From Lingula anatina (Eukaryota; Animalia; Brachiopoda), in contig CM120641.1 of assembly GCA_051362555.1 (NCBI GenBank), positions 33,796,401 through 33,860,400 on the forward strand: a stretch of DNA of 64,000 bases. The letters run 5' to 3'. The notes beneath the pieces were generated by a model. The model ran no database searches. It was not told the origin of the DNA and was given only the letters and a program-made list of their open reading frames with translations. Shown piece by piece: positions 23,041 through 64,000 of this stretch (its first letter is position 1; each line of letters begins with the position of its first letter). A program made the translations under genes and the position numbers.

Positions 23041-26000
23041 TCACTTGACCAGGCAGAATGGCCCAAGCACATCAAAGGACAATTCTTTCATGTCAAAAGG
23101 CAAATGTGCTACATCCGGTGATAGGAGAGCAGCTAGGGCTGAATTCTTCTCCTTGTTCATTTGTGCAATCTTTGTCAGCTCTGCTGCTCTATTCTGGAAT
23201 ATAACACAGCTTGGATTATAATGCCCAGGATGATAAAACATGTAAAAAAATATCTGTTGGACTATACGACTGACAGGAAAAGCTATGCATTTTCCTTTAA
23301 GGATTTCTAACTGATATATAACAAAAGTTAAGATACTGATATTTCTAAATTAAAATTGGAAATCTTGACCCAGGACTGCATAAAAGATTTTCAACTTACA
23401 TTTGATACAAGGTATCATAAATATCACATTTCACTCATTGAGGGGAAGGTGGAGAATTCTATAGAATTTTCTTCATAATATCTTGTTACCTGTTCTACAT
23501 CAGAATCCCCAAATTTGTAATGTTGTAAATTGGCTGAATGACATAAGGGGTAGCATGTTTCCAGAAATGTTTGACGAAACAACTCCTTCATGTGCTCTGC
23601 ATCTCGCTTAAAAATTGAAATAAAAAAAATGTCATATTTTTTTAAAGTCTGACAGAGGTGTATAGATGAAAAGTGTATTTTTTATGAAATTTTACACTTC
23701 CATAAGTTTCATTATAGACTTTTTAAATTCTATTTTTAATTCTATGAAATTTAATTCCATTTTTAATTCTATTAACAATAAAAGCATTCTAAATACAAAT
23801 GGATATGGGATGTAAATTGCGCACCATGTGCCTATCAGTTTGAGTGTGTGCATGTTAGTTTGTTAGAACATAAAAAATACTTATAAGTAATAGTAGTTAA
23901 AATGTATCACAAGGATACACTAAGGCTTCGTTCACATGCAATGTCTATTTTCTATTTTCTATTTTCGGTATGTCTTATGATCACGGTCTGTGCACTGAAT
24001 ATCCCGCGGCGTAATTACTGGCAGCGCGAGCCAGTTACTATAAGTTACTATAAGTAACTGGCTCGCGCTGCCAGTAATTACGCGGTGGGATATTCAGTGC
24101 ACAGACCGTGATCATAAGACATACCGAAAATAGAAAATAGAAAATAGAAAATAGACATTGCATGTGAATGAAGCCTAATACATAGGTTGCCTATTTGAAA
24201 CATCAAATTAATTTCAAAATGAAATTTCCAGAAAACTAACCAAATACACGAAAAACAATTAGTTAAACATGGTAGGTCAGTCAAATAAAAAGAAAGAAAC
24301 AAAAAGTGAACATACTTCAAATTAAAAAAATGAACGAGAAATTAGGAAATTACAGCATAATATTTATGCTGCATTTCTAAAGTACACTACCCAATGCAGT
24401 TTTCCATGACTAAAACATTAGTTACAGAACCATATCTACATGTTACAGCTACATCTATTGCAATTAACATATGATATTAGCAACAGCACAAGTGGCTACT
24501 TCCTACATGTGGTGATATAATTCTCCAGGTATGATTCTGAAGTAAAGTGGCAAGCAAAAAATGTGCATGTTATACGTTACACATTGATTCAAATTGCACC
24601 TTCATCTATTTATATATTTATATTAGTGTCTAGATAAGCAACCAAGATACATGCTGTTATAAAATAAAAATTTAAAAACTTATTGATAAATAAAACCGCT
24701 CATCACGCAAAGCAAAGCAATAATTATCAGTGAACTTTAAGTATGTTATATAGAGTATTATTTGATGTCTTTTGTAACAAAAGAATTACATGTTAGCACT
24801 CCATGATAAGTGGCATAATTATGTGTTACTTTCATCTACAGACTAAGAACTGTAAAACATTTAGTAAGCAATTAGTTGGCTACAGTGGTGTATTATTTAC
24901 TAAGGTTGATATTGGCTCACTAGGAATAGAAAAACTTTTTTTTGTGAAATTGTTTCACGTTGACCTTGAAGAGTTGTCTTTTTTTTAAAACAACACTATC
25001 TTCTGAAAAATATACCGGTATACCAGTACATACCTTGTCTCCTCTCTTTGTGATTTTTAATTTTTCAATCCAAGAAGCCTGAATGAAATATGGAAAGTAG
25101 AACAATATTGTTAGAACCATTCAGGAAATTATATAGAAATCATTACTTTCCTTACACGCAAGGTAGAATTTGATTTTAAAACAAAGATATATCTCATCCC
25201 TGTGGCACATGAACTACTGTCAAGAATATACACATACATGAATAAACTCTTTTTAAAATATTATCCATTTAAATTGTGTCTGGCTGAGTCTGGCAATTAT
25301 GAGTTTGGATTAAAAAGTTTTCAAAGCAATCATTAGGAATTTAATATAAAAACTGTTGTTGTAAAGTGTAACATGACAGAGTTAATAATTTTTAGTGACT
25401 TGGAAAATGGCCCTCTTTAGACTGTTGCAGCCTATTTCAAAAAGATGTCTGCTTTTCAATATAGGTAAACACTGCACATGACCATCAAGGTCACATCAGA
25501 TCATTTTGAACAAGTTGATTCCAAATTTATTAAGAGGGATAACTGAATTAACAATCCCCTAATCTTAAATTTTACCATTCGACCCTTCACAACTGAGAGG
25601 AAGTAAAAGTCCCTGAATTAATTAAAGAACCATATTACAAAGGCCTGGGAAGATTTTTAATGCAGGTCACAGTGTATCATAATGATAATAAAAACTTGGA
25701 GCTGTATGTGAGGGTCCACACTATGATCTGTGTCTTCATCACCTCAGGGGTGTTGCAGAAGCCAACAGTAGTATTAAGTGAAATGCTATGGAATTAATGT
25801 GGATAATTTATGAGTTCCCAAAATTTGAAATTCAGTGGATTTTCTACATTCCACTGATAATCATTTATCCACACTGTCTTACTCTAAATACATCTAATAT
25901 ATCTGGTTGCTCCATCACAGAAGGAAATGACATCAGGAATGGGCTGTGGACCAGATCTGGAAAAAGAAGACGCATTACTCATTCATCAAAGCAGTTGGTA

Positions 26001-27866
26001 TTTATACAAAAAAAGCAGAAAAAAAGACCAAACCATCTGATGTATGAAATATATGAAAGCCCCTCTAAATGAGAATGCTAAATTAATCATTGTTTAATGG
26101 CTTTTTCCTCATTTAATTGCATACATATTTCACAAAATGAGAACAAAATTGTAACATTCAAATTAATAATATCAATATGACAATTCAAATTTAATATAAA
26201 GACCAAGTTTCTTTTAAGTCCACAAGTGTGTGGTTGCATGCTCCTGCATGAATTTATGCTGTAAACACACATGCCATTTAGAGTAAAATATACAACTTTT
26301 AAAACTGGACTTGCATACAACCCACAAGCTGATATAATGACACTGTCAATAGTAACCGTAACTCACATTCTAAGTAATTTTGAAAATTTCTTAGCTGACA
26401 ACAAGAAAATGAAAATAAAAAAAAAATGAAAAAAAAAGTACCTGTAGACTGCATATCTAATCTGTCTCTGAGTAAAGCATCTGCCAGGAATTGCCTATAG
26501 TAGGACAAGGACCCTAGGTGACACATACTGCCAATTAGCACATCTGGTAATGTACTGAAATATATATTCAACAATACAAATTAAAAATAGGATGAAAGCT
26601 GGCATTAAGCCTAGATGGCAGTTTTCCAAAATTGTTTGATTTATATAAACAGATATCTGAATATACAGTTCTTTCCTGAAAATAAAGTAAAAACACCAAC
26701 TGCAAAACTGATTTGTTTTATCAACAGTGTCGTACAAGAATCTAAATTCTGTTGACACATACAAACAGCAAATAAGTCTAATCAGATATTTACAGTTTAA
26801 AGAAGTCTTACTCTAGTTGTTCTTTCTGCTCCTTGGTGGGTGCTGACAGTTTGACTGATAGCCTGGGCTGTCTGTTTTTGGACACTAAGGCTCGCCATTT
26901 ATTGGTACTCTCTACAGAATATATATAGCCAAATGGTCATGAGTAATGAATTAATAATTTTAAAATATCTTCCTCTACTCTGTAAATCTAAAACGAATGT
27001 AAAAAACGAATTACTGCCATTGGAACTCAGTGATGATTTAATAAATCAACTGTGTTTGACCCTATATTCAAAAGAAATTACAATATACATTTCGAACACA
27101 TGACATATCTGATAAATTGTGACAAACATTTACCTCTTCTGCTTACTGAGGGGTCTACTTCAATGCCTTTTTCATATGGTGTACCTCCATTTACATATAA
27201 GTCATATGTTCTAAAACAAAGAACACAAGAATTGAAATCTGAAGGGGACCATAATGTAAAACAAAACTAAGATATTTCCATATTTATTATTTCATGTTGG
27301 TATGTATTTGAATGTACAAGAGTTAAAACTATGAGATATTTTATTGCCAATACTATTGTCAATAGAATCAAAATAATGTTTACAGACAGCAATAATACAC
27401 TTAATGAGTAATATTGTCTTTTAGTCAATTATATTAGAGCTGACAAAAGCTGGTTATGTCACATACTTATTAAGAGCTGGAGTACCATCTTCAGCAAACA
27501 GAGGCAGATGGGCCCATCCACAGCTGAACTCTCCAAGCTCACCAGTTTTCTACAAGTAATTTTCAAATCCATTATATTAAAATGTTCCACATAAGTAAAA
27601 TATTCACTTTATATCATAAATACTACTCATATTCAAACGATTTCACACACACATGCAAGCATACACACCCCCACACACTGATAGTAAGTGTTGATAGAAA
27701 AGAGAATACAAATTATCTTTGCCTATAGGCTTGCTTATAGAATTGTGACCAAATGACTGAAATTAGTATGCCACAAGAAAAGAATATAAAAAATATCTGA
27801 TCATTAATTTTTTCATCAAATAAATTATGCTGACTTATGCAAAGTGCAATGGCAATTTAGGAAAAT

Positions 27867-27913
<47 letters not shown>

Positions 27914-30900
27914 ACTAACTCACCACTCTTTTATATCCTAAACATAACTCAAACAGTACACCTGGAAAGTAGATTTATTTATCCTAAGTATTAAATATAA
28001 AATCATGTGAACAAAATAATATTTTTATATTTGTTTTTATAATTTAGCATATCTTATCATTTTAACAAAAAATAAAAGATGTAAGAAACAACATGTTTGT
28101 CCATATTTTCATATGAACATAGTCACCTATATCTTTGTCTCCTTTGTTGTCGCGGACAAATATCTCTGCATAGTCTACACAAGGTAGGTTGTCAGTCAAC
28201 TGAAAAGAAAAACTCAGTTACTGTAATTCAAGGTTCCAAAATCTTAACATGCAGGTAAAGTATAAAGCATTTAAAAGTAATTTTAATTAAAATTGCAAAC
28301 ACTGCACAAAAACCAAAAAAACAAACATTTTAAAATCTCACCTTTGTATGAAAAGACCAGTTTTTTAGTTCTTTGTCTGTACAAAATGACCTCACTGTCA
28401 CTATGTTGCTAAGCACCTGTAAAAAGGAGGCCAGAAAAAGTTACATATTTATACCAATTCAGGGTATTAAAGAAATATGTTTCATAAATGCTAACCTACA
28501 CAATTACATCATGTATATGTCTTCGTTTTTTGTGGGCTTGGTAAAAAAGAGTTAATGGGATCTGAAATATGGGGCCACTACAAGTCACCACACTGTATTC
28601 CTGTGTTATATTCATGTGCAACCCATTCAGCACCACCACAAAATACTAAATCACTTCATTTTTGAAAGCATATAGCATCTTTAACAACAGCAAAAGTCTT
28701 CAGATTTTTCTGAATTAATACCAGCATACAAGAAAAAATGTCATTCCATGCTTGACTAATTGCCCATAACTTTATTTCCATCTTCTGACCCAAACTCACC
28801 TTTGCCCCATCAAAGAGACACATTCTCACACAGTAGTTAATTACTTCTATACCTATAATGAAAGAGAGTTTACAGAAAATAAATGTGCAGTCTGTGCCAA
28901 ATGCTTTAGAAGTTTTGGGTCTACCAGCCCTTCAGACAGAGTTAAAATAATCTTCTGACCTAAACAAAATCTAGTGTGCAGTAACTGAGCAAATTTAAAA
29001 AATAGATAAAGACCCAATTTTGTTTCTGCAGAGACAGTTTAATGTCACAGACTTTGTGTCATACAATATAAACTTTTTTCATAGCATTGAGGAAGCTAAC
29101 AATACAACACTGATTTAGTATTGGTTTTCAGCAAAACATTATGTGAATTCAGTGTGACATTTTAATGATTACCTTTTTGAAAAAACTACCACTCACCTGT
29201 TCCTGCATGTGGAATTTGTCTAGCTGCCTGGAGTGTGACAATCTTTTGGAAGCGAACAGGACGGGGTCTGATCTAAAACATTTCAAGGTTTGTATGTGCA
29301 GTGTCTAGTATATATCAGGAGTGTCTGAGAAACATCACTCACAGGGGCGTAACCAGACCTTTAAAAATTGTACGCACAGATTTTTAAAATTCCCAGCAAA
29401 ATGTAGACTAACGCAAGAGATGAAGGACAGCGTAATTACACCATATGTACCACACATCGCAGCTTAATTTCCATTAATAATAAAATCGTCATTTAGTCAG
29501 AAATATTCTCGCAATTAAAAAAGTTTCAATATTCTTATTACCCAGAACTGTATATTTATTTAAAAGGAGGCTAGCTTCGCATATGTGGAACCCCCTTCGA
29601 ATAATCCTGGATCTACCTCTGAGTTGAACTAACATACGGTTTCATTCACCTTACATGTGGATGCATGGCTCCCAAAAACAACCAATTGCATGACACGACA
29701 GAGCTCTGATACATCTAAGTTTAATTATTTGTTTGTAAAAATTGCCCATGTCACCCTGACAGTTTGGAGGGGTGCTGGGTCAAGTCCGTGTCAAAATTCT
29801 TTGAAGCTTTGCAGGAAAAATTCTTCCTTTGTTTCTCTAGCTCCTTCTTAAACCTGGTGTCCAGATTTTATCTAGTGCCCCCAGGGTTGCAGGAGCTGCT
29901 CTTTTAAAATAACACTCGGGCAGATTTTTACCTGAGATAAATATCGCCAGATATTCTTAAGAAAGAGGGTACAGAAGAGTTGAGGGCCACTGAACCCTCC
30001 AATTAAGAGGTAAAGGAAGTTTCAGTTAGATGGACGATTAAGATAGGACTTGTTAAGGTTACAGGCATTGTTAACCTCATTTTGCAAGACGGGAGGGGGG
30101 GTCAGAACAATTGTGCTTATACAATTGATACAGATGATTTGTACATACAGGTGACTTTAATAAGCAGAGGATTTTCTTTTATATTCCGTGAAAAATACAC
30201 TAAATTTATATAAAATAATATCATGGTTGGCCAAAAAATTGTACGCACAGTGCATCCGTGCGTATGCCTAGTTATGCCCATGACTCACACAACCTCATGT
30301 CTTAATATTAAGTCAAAACATTTTAAATTCATGGCTTAAACAATAACAAAGTTTTGATCCAGTTTTAAATTACATAAACAGCACTCACCTTATTGGTCAC
30401 TGGGTTGAAAAACAGGTCCCTGAATGACAGATTAGAAGTACTCAGCTTTGGAATGAGATAGTTCTTCATGGTGTATTCATCCCCTACAATAAAATAATGT
30501 TCTTGATTACTGTACCCTGGGCCGTAAGAATATGTGATAATATAATATTTAATAAAAACTTAAAATATATTAGAATATAAGAATGCAAAACATGTTCTTA
30601 ATTGTAGAACTGAACTAATATCAAAGGCTTGATTTCAAAAATGAGCAGCAGATTTAACCCCCGAAGAGTTACAAATATTAACATACCATCAGCATAAAGT
30701 TTTCCCAGTGTAGGAAGCCTGAATCCTGATGGCACAGCACCCATAGCATGCAATACATCAGTGGCACTAGTCTGTAGTAATGAAATGTGCACCATTATTC
30801 AAGATACAGGTTTGTCATATTCCAAAGTCAGATTTTTTCACACATATTCAGAATGAATACTTAGTTTCACAAAAGATTATCGTAATCGTATTGCGTAAAA

Positions 30901-33900
30901 CACATTACTGTTACAAAAATTAGATGTTTTATTTCTGCATTGAGTTTACTGCTGTAGATCTAAAAAGCATAATTTTTGTCCTGATTGCTAGATCTTCTCT
31001 TGCCTATTTAAAACTACTTAACCATTTTAGGTACAACTATATCTTAATTCAATGCAATAAATAGTGTGATTTTACAAATTTTGTTTTTAAATTGTGCAAG
31101 ACAGTCAAGACTGGCATGGAGGCTTTTTTTTTACCTCTTTAAGACTCTTTTTTATGCTGCTCCACAACTTTTTGCCACTGAAAAAAGGAATCAAACATTT
31201 AGAAAAATGTGTTATTTATAAAGAATCTAAAAACCAAACTTAATGATTTATTTTACCCACATGATAAGCATTTTATTTTAATATTCAATATACTTGTATT
31301 CTGATAAACAATTACCACAGTACAAAAATACCATGTCTGTGTTCATTTTGTTATTTTTATTTTATTAATTTTTTTCTTTTGTATTCAACACTTCATTTCA
31401 TTTTTACCTTCTTGGGGTTTTAGTGTCTTCTTTTTCATCATCTTCATTTTCCTCCTCAACTGGTAACAAATACAAAAATAAACAAATTTTTTAAACTGAT
31501 TCAAAAACATCTTCAAGTTCTAAGACCACATCCTTTTATATAAAATAAAGTAATTTTAAAAATGACCAGATTGGTTACTACAAATAAATAGCATCATTAA
31601 TAAATAACACCAGAATAAAAGGGCAGTTAGAAACAATGTTACAATAATATTATCTAGAATTTATAAAAGTGAAAATAGTGTAAGCCCTTACCATCCTGTG
31701 ACTGTATGGCCTTGTATCTACTATGTTCCTGAAAACATTTTTTGAGATAAGCTTTAAACCATAACTAGAAACTTTATAATAACAAAGTAAAAATAATTTA
31801 AACATGTCATGCTACAGATAAGCTTTGATCATACTGCATACAATTAAAAGGACAGAAGGTGATGAGTGTATCCAATGGCTTGTCTTTAGCAGAATTTTTG
31901 TTTGATCTGAATAGTGCAAACACTTATCTTCAAATCAAAATTAATCAAAAAGAAATCATTGGTCATATGGTACAAAAAAACAAAACAAACAAACATAAAA
32001 AAAAAACAAAAAAAAAACTGAATATTTTTCTTAAGTGTTACTTAAAAAGAAAAAGTATATATCACAGGTGCAGAGAATCAATAACTGAAAAATTTGACAA
32101 TAAATTCTGAAACTGGAAATAGTTCATTTCTTTTACCTTGAGATATGTACTTGGTACAAGACCCTTGTTCCCCTCGGAGTCTTCACATTCCCACCAGCCA
32201 TCTTCTCTGTTAAACAAGTAGAATATCTTGAGCTATCAAATCTATATCTCAAGCTATTGAATCTATGTGTCAAGCTATCAAATCTATATTTCAGGCCATC
32301 AAATTTATATGTCAAGCTATTAAATGTAGAAGTATCCTAAAAGAGAAAAATGTCATAATTCTCCAGTAAAAAAACTTTCATTAAATCACCAATTACATTT
32401 TCTTTGGGCTTAAAACAAATAGTTTAAGTCATTTATAAAAATGTGTAAATGTAAGTAAATAAGAGCCTACTACCTTGCAGTAAACTCACACTCTTGCTTT
32501 CCATGTTCTTACCTGATTAATATAAGAGTGAGGATATCTCCATGTTTAAAGCTAAGGTCTTCTTCTTGTTCCCCTTCAAAATCACACAGTGCTTCGTATT
32601 GAACTATCTATAGTAGGGAAAAAGGAGATAATAATAGTTTTCTAACTTTTCAGTAAAGGTAAGGTATAAAATGTTTGGAACAGTCTATTTGTGAAAATAG
32701 GCCAAAACAAGTAGGAGATCTGCAAGTCAATCACTATTTTGAAACACAATACTGTTAATTTTGCATCACATAATATGTGATTATATTAGTTATAGTATAA
32801 ATACAGAAGAAAAAAAATTGTAATTTGCCTTTTAGGTTTATTGTATTTACAGAAATTGACATTTAATTAATATCTAATGAATCCTACATTAAACATACCC
32901 TTGGTGTGGATGCTTCACTTTCTGCATCCTCCTCCTGTTCTTCCTCCTCCTCATCTTCTTCTTCATCTTCATCATCTTCATCATCTTCTTCATCTTCATC
33001 ATCCTCTTCTCCTATTTCCTCTTCTTCATCCTCTTCCTCTTCTTCGACATCCTCTTCATCCTCTTCAATTTCCTCCTCTTCCCCTTCTTCATCTTCTACA
33101 ATTAATTCAAGATATAATTTTTATTTCTTTAGTGAGTTAGTGACTGTCATTTTTTATAAATAATCAATCAATAAAAGAGAAAAACATAACAGATAACATT
33201 AACCACAAATATTCACTAGTAGGTATTGAATTTTTTACCAATGAGAAAATATGTTTATATGTTAGTGTGAGCTTAGAAACAACATTTACCCTCTTCCTCT
33301 TCTTCTACTGCTTCTTCTTCCTGTTCATCTTCCTCCCCCTGATCATCAGTCTCTGTTATTTCTCCCTTCTTCATCTTGTGGAGGTAGTCCTCTTCTACTT
33401 CATCTGGTTCTAGCTTTGATACCATGCCTTCGAGTTTGTCCTGCATATGACATTTTTGAATTGTTACTTAGATCAGGTAAAATGACTTACTACATTCATG
33501 AATTTAAAATGGTTTTTGTCCATAAATGGCTCTTTTTTTCTCAATTTGAAATCCATATCCTTACCTTCCATTCCTTAAGTCTAGACAACTCAGCTTCTTT
33601 TTTAGTTTCAAAGTCATTAACCTTTGGATCACCTTCCTGTAAAAAAAGTATATGTACATACTCTAAATGCATGCTGATTAGCAAAAAAGTACAACTTTTC
33701 TCGTTTTACATATACTCTGTAGTATTGTTGGGATATCAAATCTTTAAAATAAGATTATCCTTTTGAATATAATCTAATATGCATGTTTCAGCAGATAAAA
33801 TTGGATGTGCTGATAAATACAACTTGCTTTTAGTACTTTTCTGGGGCCTTGAAAGATTTCAATTTGATTAGAGAACATGTACAATTCTTTCATTGCATAA

Positions 33901-35004
33901 AAGAGAGAAAAGTTTTTAATATTTCTTTTTCAGAAACATACCTTTTTGAGATCATCTGCTCTTTTGAGCAAGGCTTCAACCCCTTCTTTTGTTTCTATAC
34001 ACCTCTTATGCAAACTTTTCAACTTTTTTGGTCTATCTGGTATTGTTGAATCTTCTAAACTAGCAGTACACTCCTTTATTAGCCCATCAATCTGAAAATT
34101 AACAAAAAGAAAAAAGATTAACTAGTTTTACCCATGAAAATTTTTCATCATATCCATTGCATCATAATATAAATCATATTTTGGAGTATACTCATAAGAC
34201 ATACTTTACAAAAAACAATTAACCCTAATAAGCTGCCTCTATTCTCCACTAGCTCTTTAAATAAAAATAATAAAAATATATCTTAGAAAGTTCATGCTAC
34301 CAGTAGTGTACTGTACCAGTAACTGGTGTGTTCACACAAGATTCTAATTGGACAATATGTACTTCTTTGAGCACTTTACAGGAAGTAACAAATTCTTTGT
34401 GTTTTATAAAAGAGTAGTGACTCTGGCCTCGAGCTACAGGTAGTTTTAAACTGGAATTGTATGCAAGTCTGTAAGGGATTTTCAGCTAACAGGTATCTCC
34501 AGGGAATTGGAACACTTCGAAGTTGAGGGTGTAAGGCTCTATTCCCATAGATTTTAGATCGATCTATCCCCGCGGGGAGTCTCACTAGATTACTTTCAGA
34601 TAATCCGACTTAAATGTCCGTCCCGCCTACTACAAGCTGTAAGGGGGTTATTAACTTTCGTGTCCGCCCGGCTGACAGCTATTTAGCGTGAACCCCCAGG
34701 GAGTTAGGTCGATCTAAAGTAGGTCGATCTAATCTATGGAAATGGGGTGTAAGAAGCATCAAATTGGCCAGCATCGAAGAACTGATAACCATACTTTTCT
34801 TACAAAATGTATTTGTCTTCAGACACTGTATCTCAGAAATGCAGCTGTTTATGTGTTTCACACTTTACCCGCTAACTTGACATTGTCTTGCAATTTGCAT
34901 GTAGCGAAGTAGTTTTATCACAATATTTTAATTACCTTCTTCTTTAACGAGTCACCTTCTTGCTGCACTGCAGCTAGAGGTCCCTTCTTTCCAAATAATG
35001 GCAT
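23041..35004 (-). CDS. NPHP1: Nephrocystin-1 (ciliary transition-zone protein), multi-exon
   Basis: Starts [23 protein letters not shown], then a coiled-coil and a Glu-rich region. SH3 domain: [23 protein letters not shown]...[23 protein letters not shown] second acidic stretch is followed by nephrocystin-homology motifs [46 protein letters not shown] and [17 protein letters not shown]. The last exon ends ...[12 protein letters not shown]. Confidence 0.93.
23924..24175. mobile_element. Near-perfect ~250-bp palindromic MITE with TAA target duplication (PIF/Harbinger, Tourist-like)
   Basis: taa|ggcttcgttcacatgcaatg ... cattgcatgtgaatgaagcc|taa; the arms pair almost to the centre. Confidence 0.9.
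27869..27910. repeat. (GA)n microsatellite
   Basis: Directly visible. Confidence 0.95.
29342..30282. mobile_element. ~940-bp non-autonomous DNA transposon in an NPHP1 intron
   Basis: Ends caggggcgtaac / gttatgcccatg (imperfect TIR), actca on both flanks, and a repeated subterminal aaaaattgtacgcaca. Confidence 0.7.
32226..32326. repeat. Degenerate 21-bp tandem repeat (~4-5 units)
   Basis: tcaagctatcaaatctatat-like units just upstream of an SH3 exon acceptor. Confidence 0.8.
34535..34749. mobile_element. Old MITE with TAA flanks in NPHP1 intron 1
   Basis: Imperfect inverted ends attcccatagattttagatcgatcta / taggtcgatctaatctatggaaat, with TAA on both sides. Confidence 0.55.
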
Positions 35005-35049
35005 GATGACTTCATAACTTCATCAAAGCTTCATTATTTTCTTAATCAA

Positions 35050-35445
35050 ACACCAAATAACCGTCAATCATTCCGGAATTTCATTTTGTCCACCATATTT
35101 GTAAACAATATCTGTTGCCGTATGACTGCGAGTATAAGGCTTAAAAATGTCATATTTGATTCTAATTAAATATAAAAAATGGCATTAAAACACTAAAATC
35201 TATTTGAGAAAGATATTCCATTTAAACACAATCACTGAAACTGTTTTGAATGTTTGTAGTTGTTAAAATAATGAATATTTCAATATTGAATATGTTTAAC
35301 GGTCCTCGTGTATTAGTACCTATTCTAATCTCGTATATTAACGACAGCGACGAGATCCTATATTGGCGGACGAAACGAAATCAAATGTTGTAAAGAGATT
35401 AATGTATTTTATAGAACTGCAACGATCGCAAGAGCAATAGTAAGT
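35050..35445. promoter_or_regulatory. Bidirectional promoter region between NPHP1 and KNTC1
   Basis: Divergent genes with ATGs 994 bp apart. Forkhead-type GTAAACAA (35101), RFX-like GTTGCC-GT-ATGAC (35114), CCGGAA (~35073) and ATTGGCGG (35362). A probable KNTC1 5'UTR donor gtaagt lies at ~35440. Confidence 0.6.
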
Positions 35446-35997
35446 CATCTGGTAATAGGTAGTTAAAAGAAAGGCTGCTTAACAGACTAGGATATATAAC
35501 CAAAGATTAGCAAGTTACAACACACAGCCTGGTTCATTTGGCGGCAGTGGATTTCCTTATGGGCAGTCACTGTCACTGTCGCTGTCAAGACCAGCTTTCT
35601 ACCTACTAGTATAATGTGTACATTTTACTCCTTCATACTTTACACTGTCACAAGAGTTTTCTGGGTCACATTCTGTATCGATGATAAAATAAGGTATTTA
35701 CATACCAGCATGAATATCAAAAAATGATGTATCATTATTGCCAGTGTTTGCCTCTTACGAGTCTTAGGAAAATAAGTAGCTGGACCGAAAGTCCAGCCAT
35801 CATGAAAATTAGCTGGACTGAATGTCTGCTGGGTGGGAAAACTTCTCAGCCCCTTCTGAACGTTGTCAGCCCCGGGCAGACGATCCAGCCTTAATTTCTA
35901 ACACTGATTATTGCTATTGTTTTATTATTGTTTTATTATTCCCATCATTAAAAAAGAAACTAAATTTTCAGGTATACTTATCACCAAGAAAATTATA

Positions 35998-63939
<27,942 letters not shown>

Positions 63940-64000
63940 GTTGGTTGATATAGACATCACATTCAACCTAAGCTAAAAGAAGTCTTTGTTTTTTTCAAGA

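Noticed and set aside
32877-33163. Poly-Ser and His/Leu/Pro-rich ORFs on the + strand
   Set aside because: These are the antisense reading of the Glu-rich NPHP1 exon.

Overview
AT-rich animal genomic DNA with many short spliceosomal introns. The repeat families suggest an invertebrate, possibly a mollusc or other lophotrochozoan (inference). There are no prokaryotic features. The right two-thirds hold three intact intron-containing genes: (i) a 311-aa signal-peptide/EGF-repeat/furin-site/TM protein (17883-21489, +); (ii) nephrocystin-1, NPHP1 (23041-35004, -); (iii) KNTC1/Rough Deal (35998 to beyond the window end, +), head-to-head with NPHP1. The left ~17 kb is a decayed, rearranged zone. 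It contains a disabled aromatic-amino-acid decarboxylase (Ddc-like) gene, an orphan pair of terminal DLD exons and many transposon pieces. Its most unusual element is a putative TATA-driven, multi-exon non-coding transcript on the minus strand (~5200-9630). This unit contains 12 tandem copies of a complete exon+intron cassette and a ~52-bp minisatellite exon. A second splice-site-containing tandem array (20 copies of a KNTC1 5' splice site) lies at 38303-38908. Mobile DNA includes nested Helentron-type (HINE/DINE-like) elements with internal tandem repeats, Harbinger- and Mutator-type MITEs, a Harbinger transposase fragment, a LINE RT fragment and a truncated LTR retroelement. Gene identities come from recognising translated exons by eye; no database search was run.
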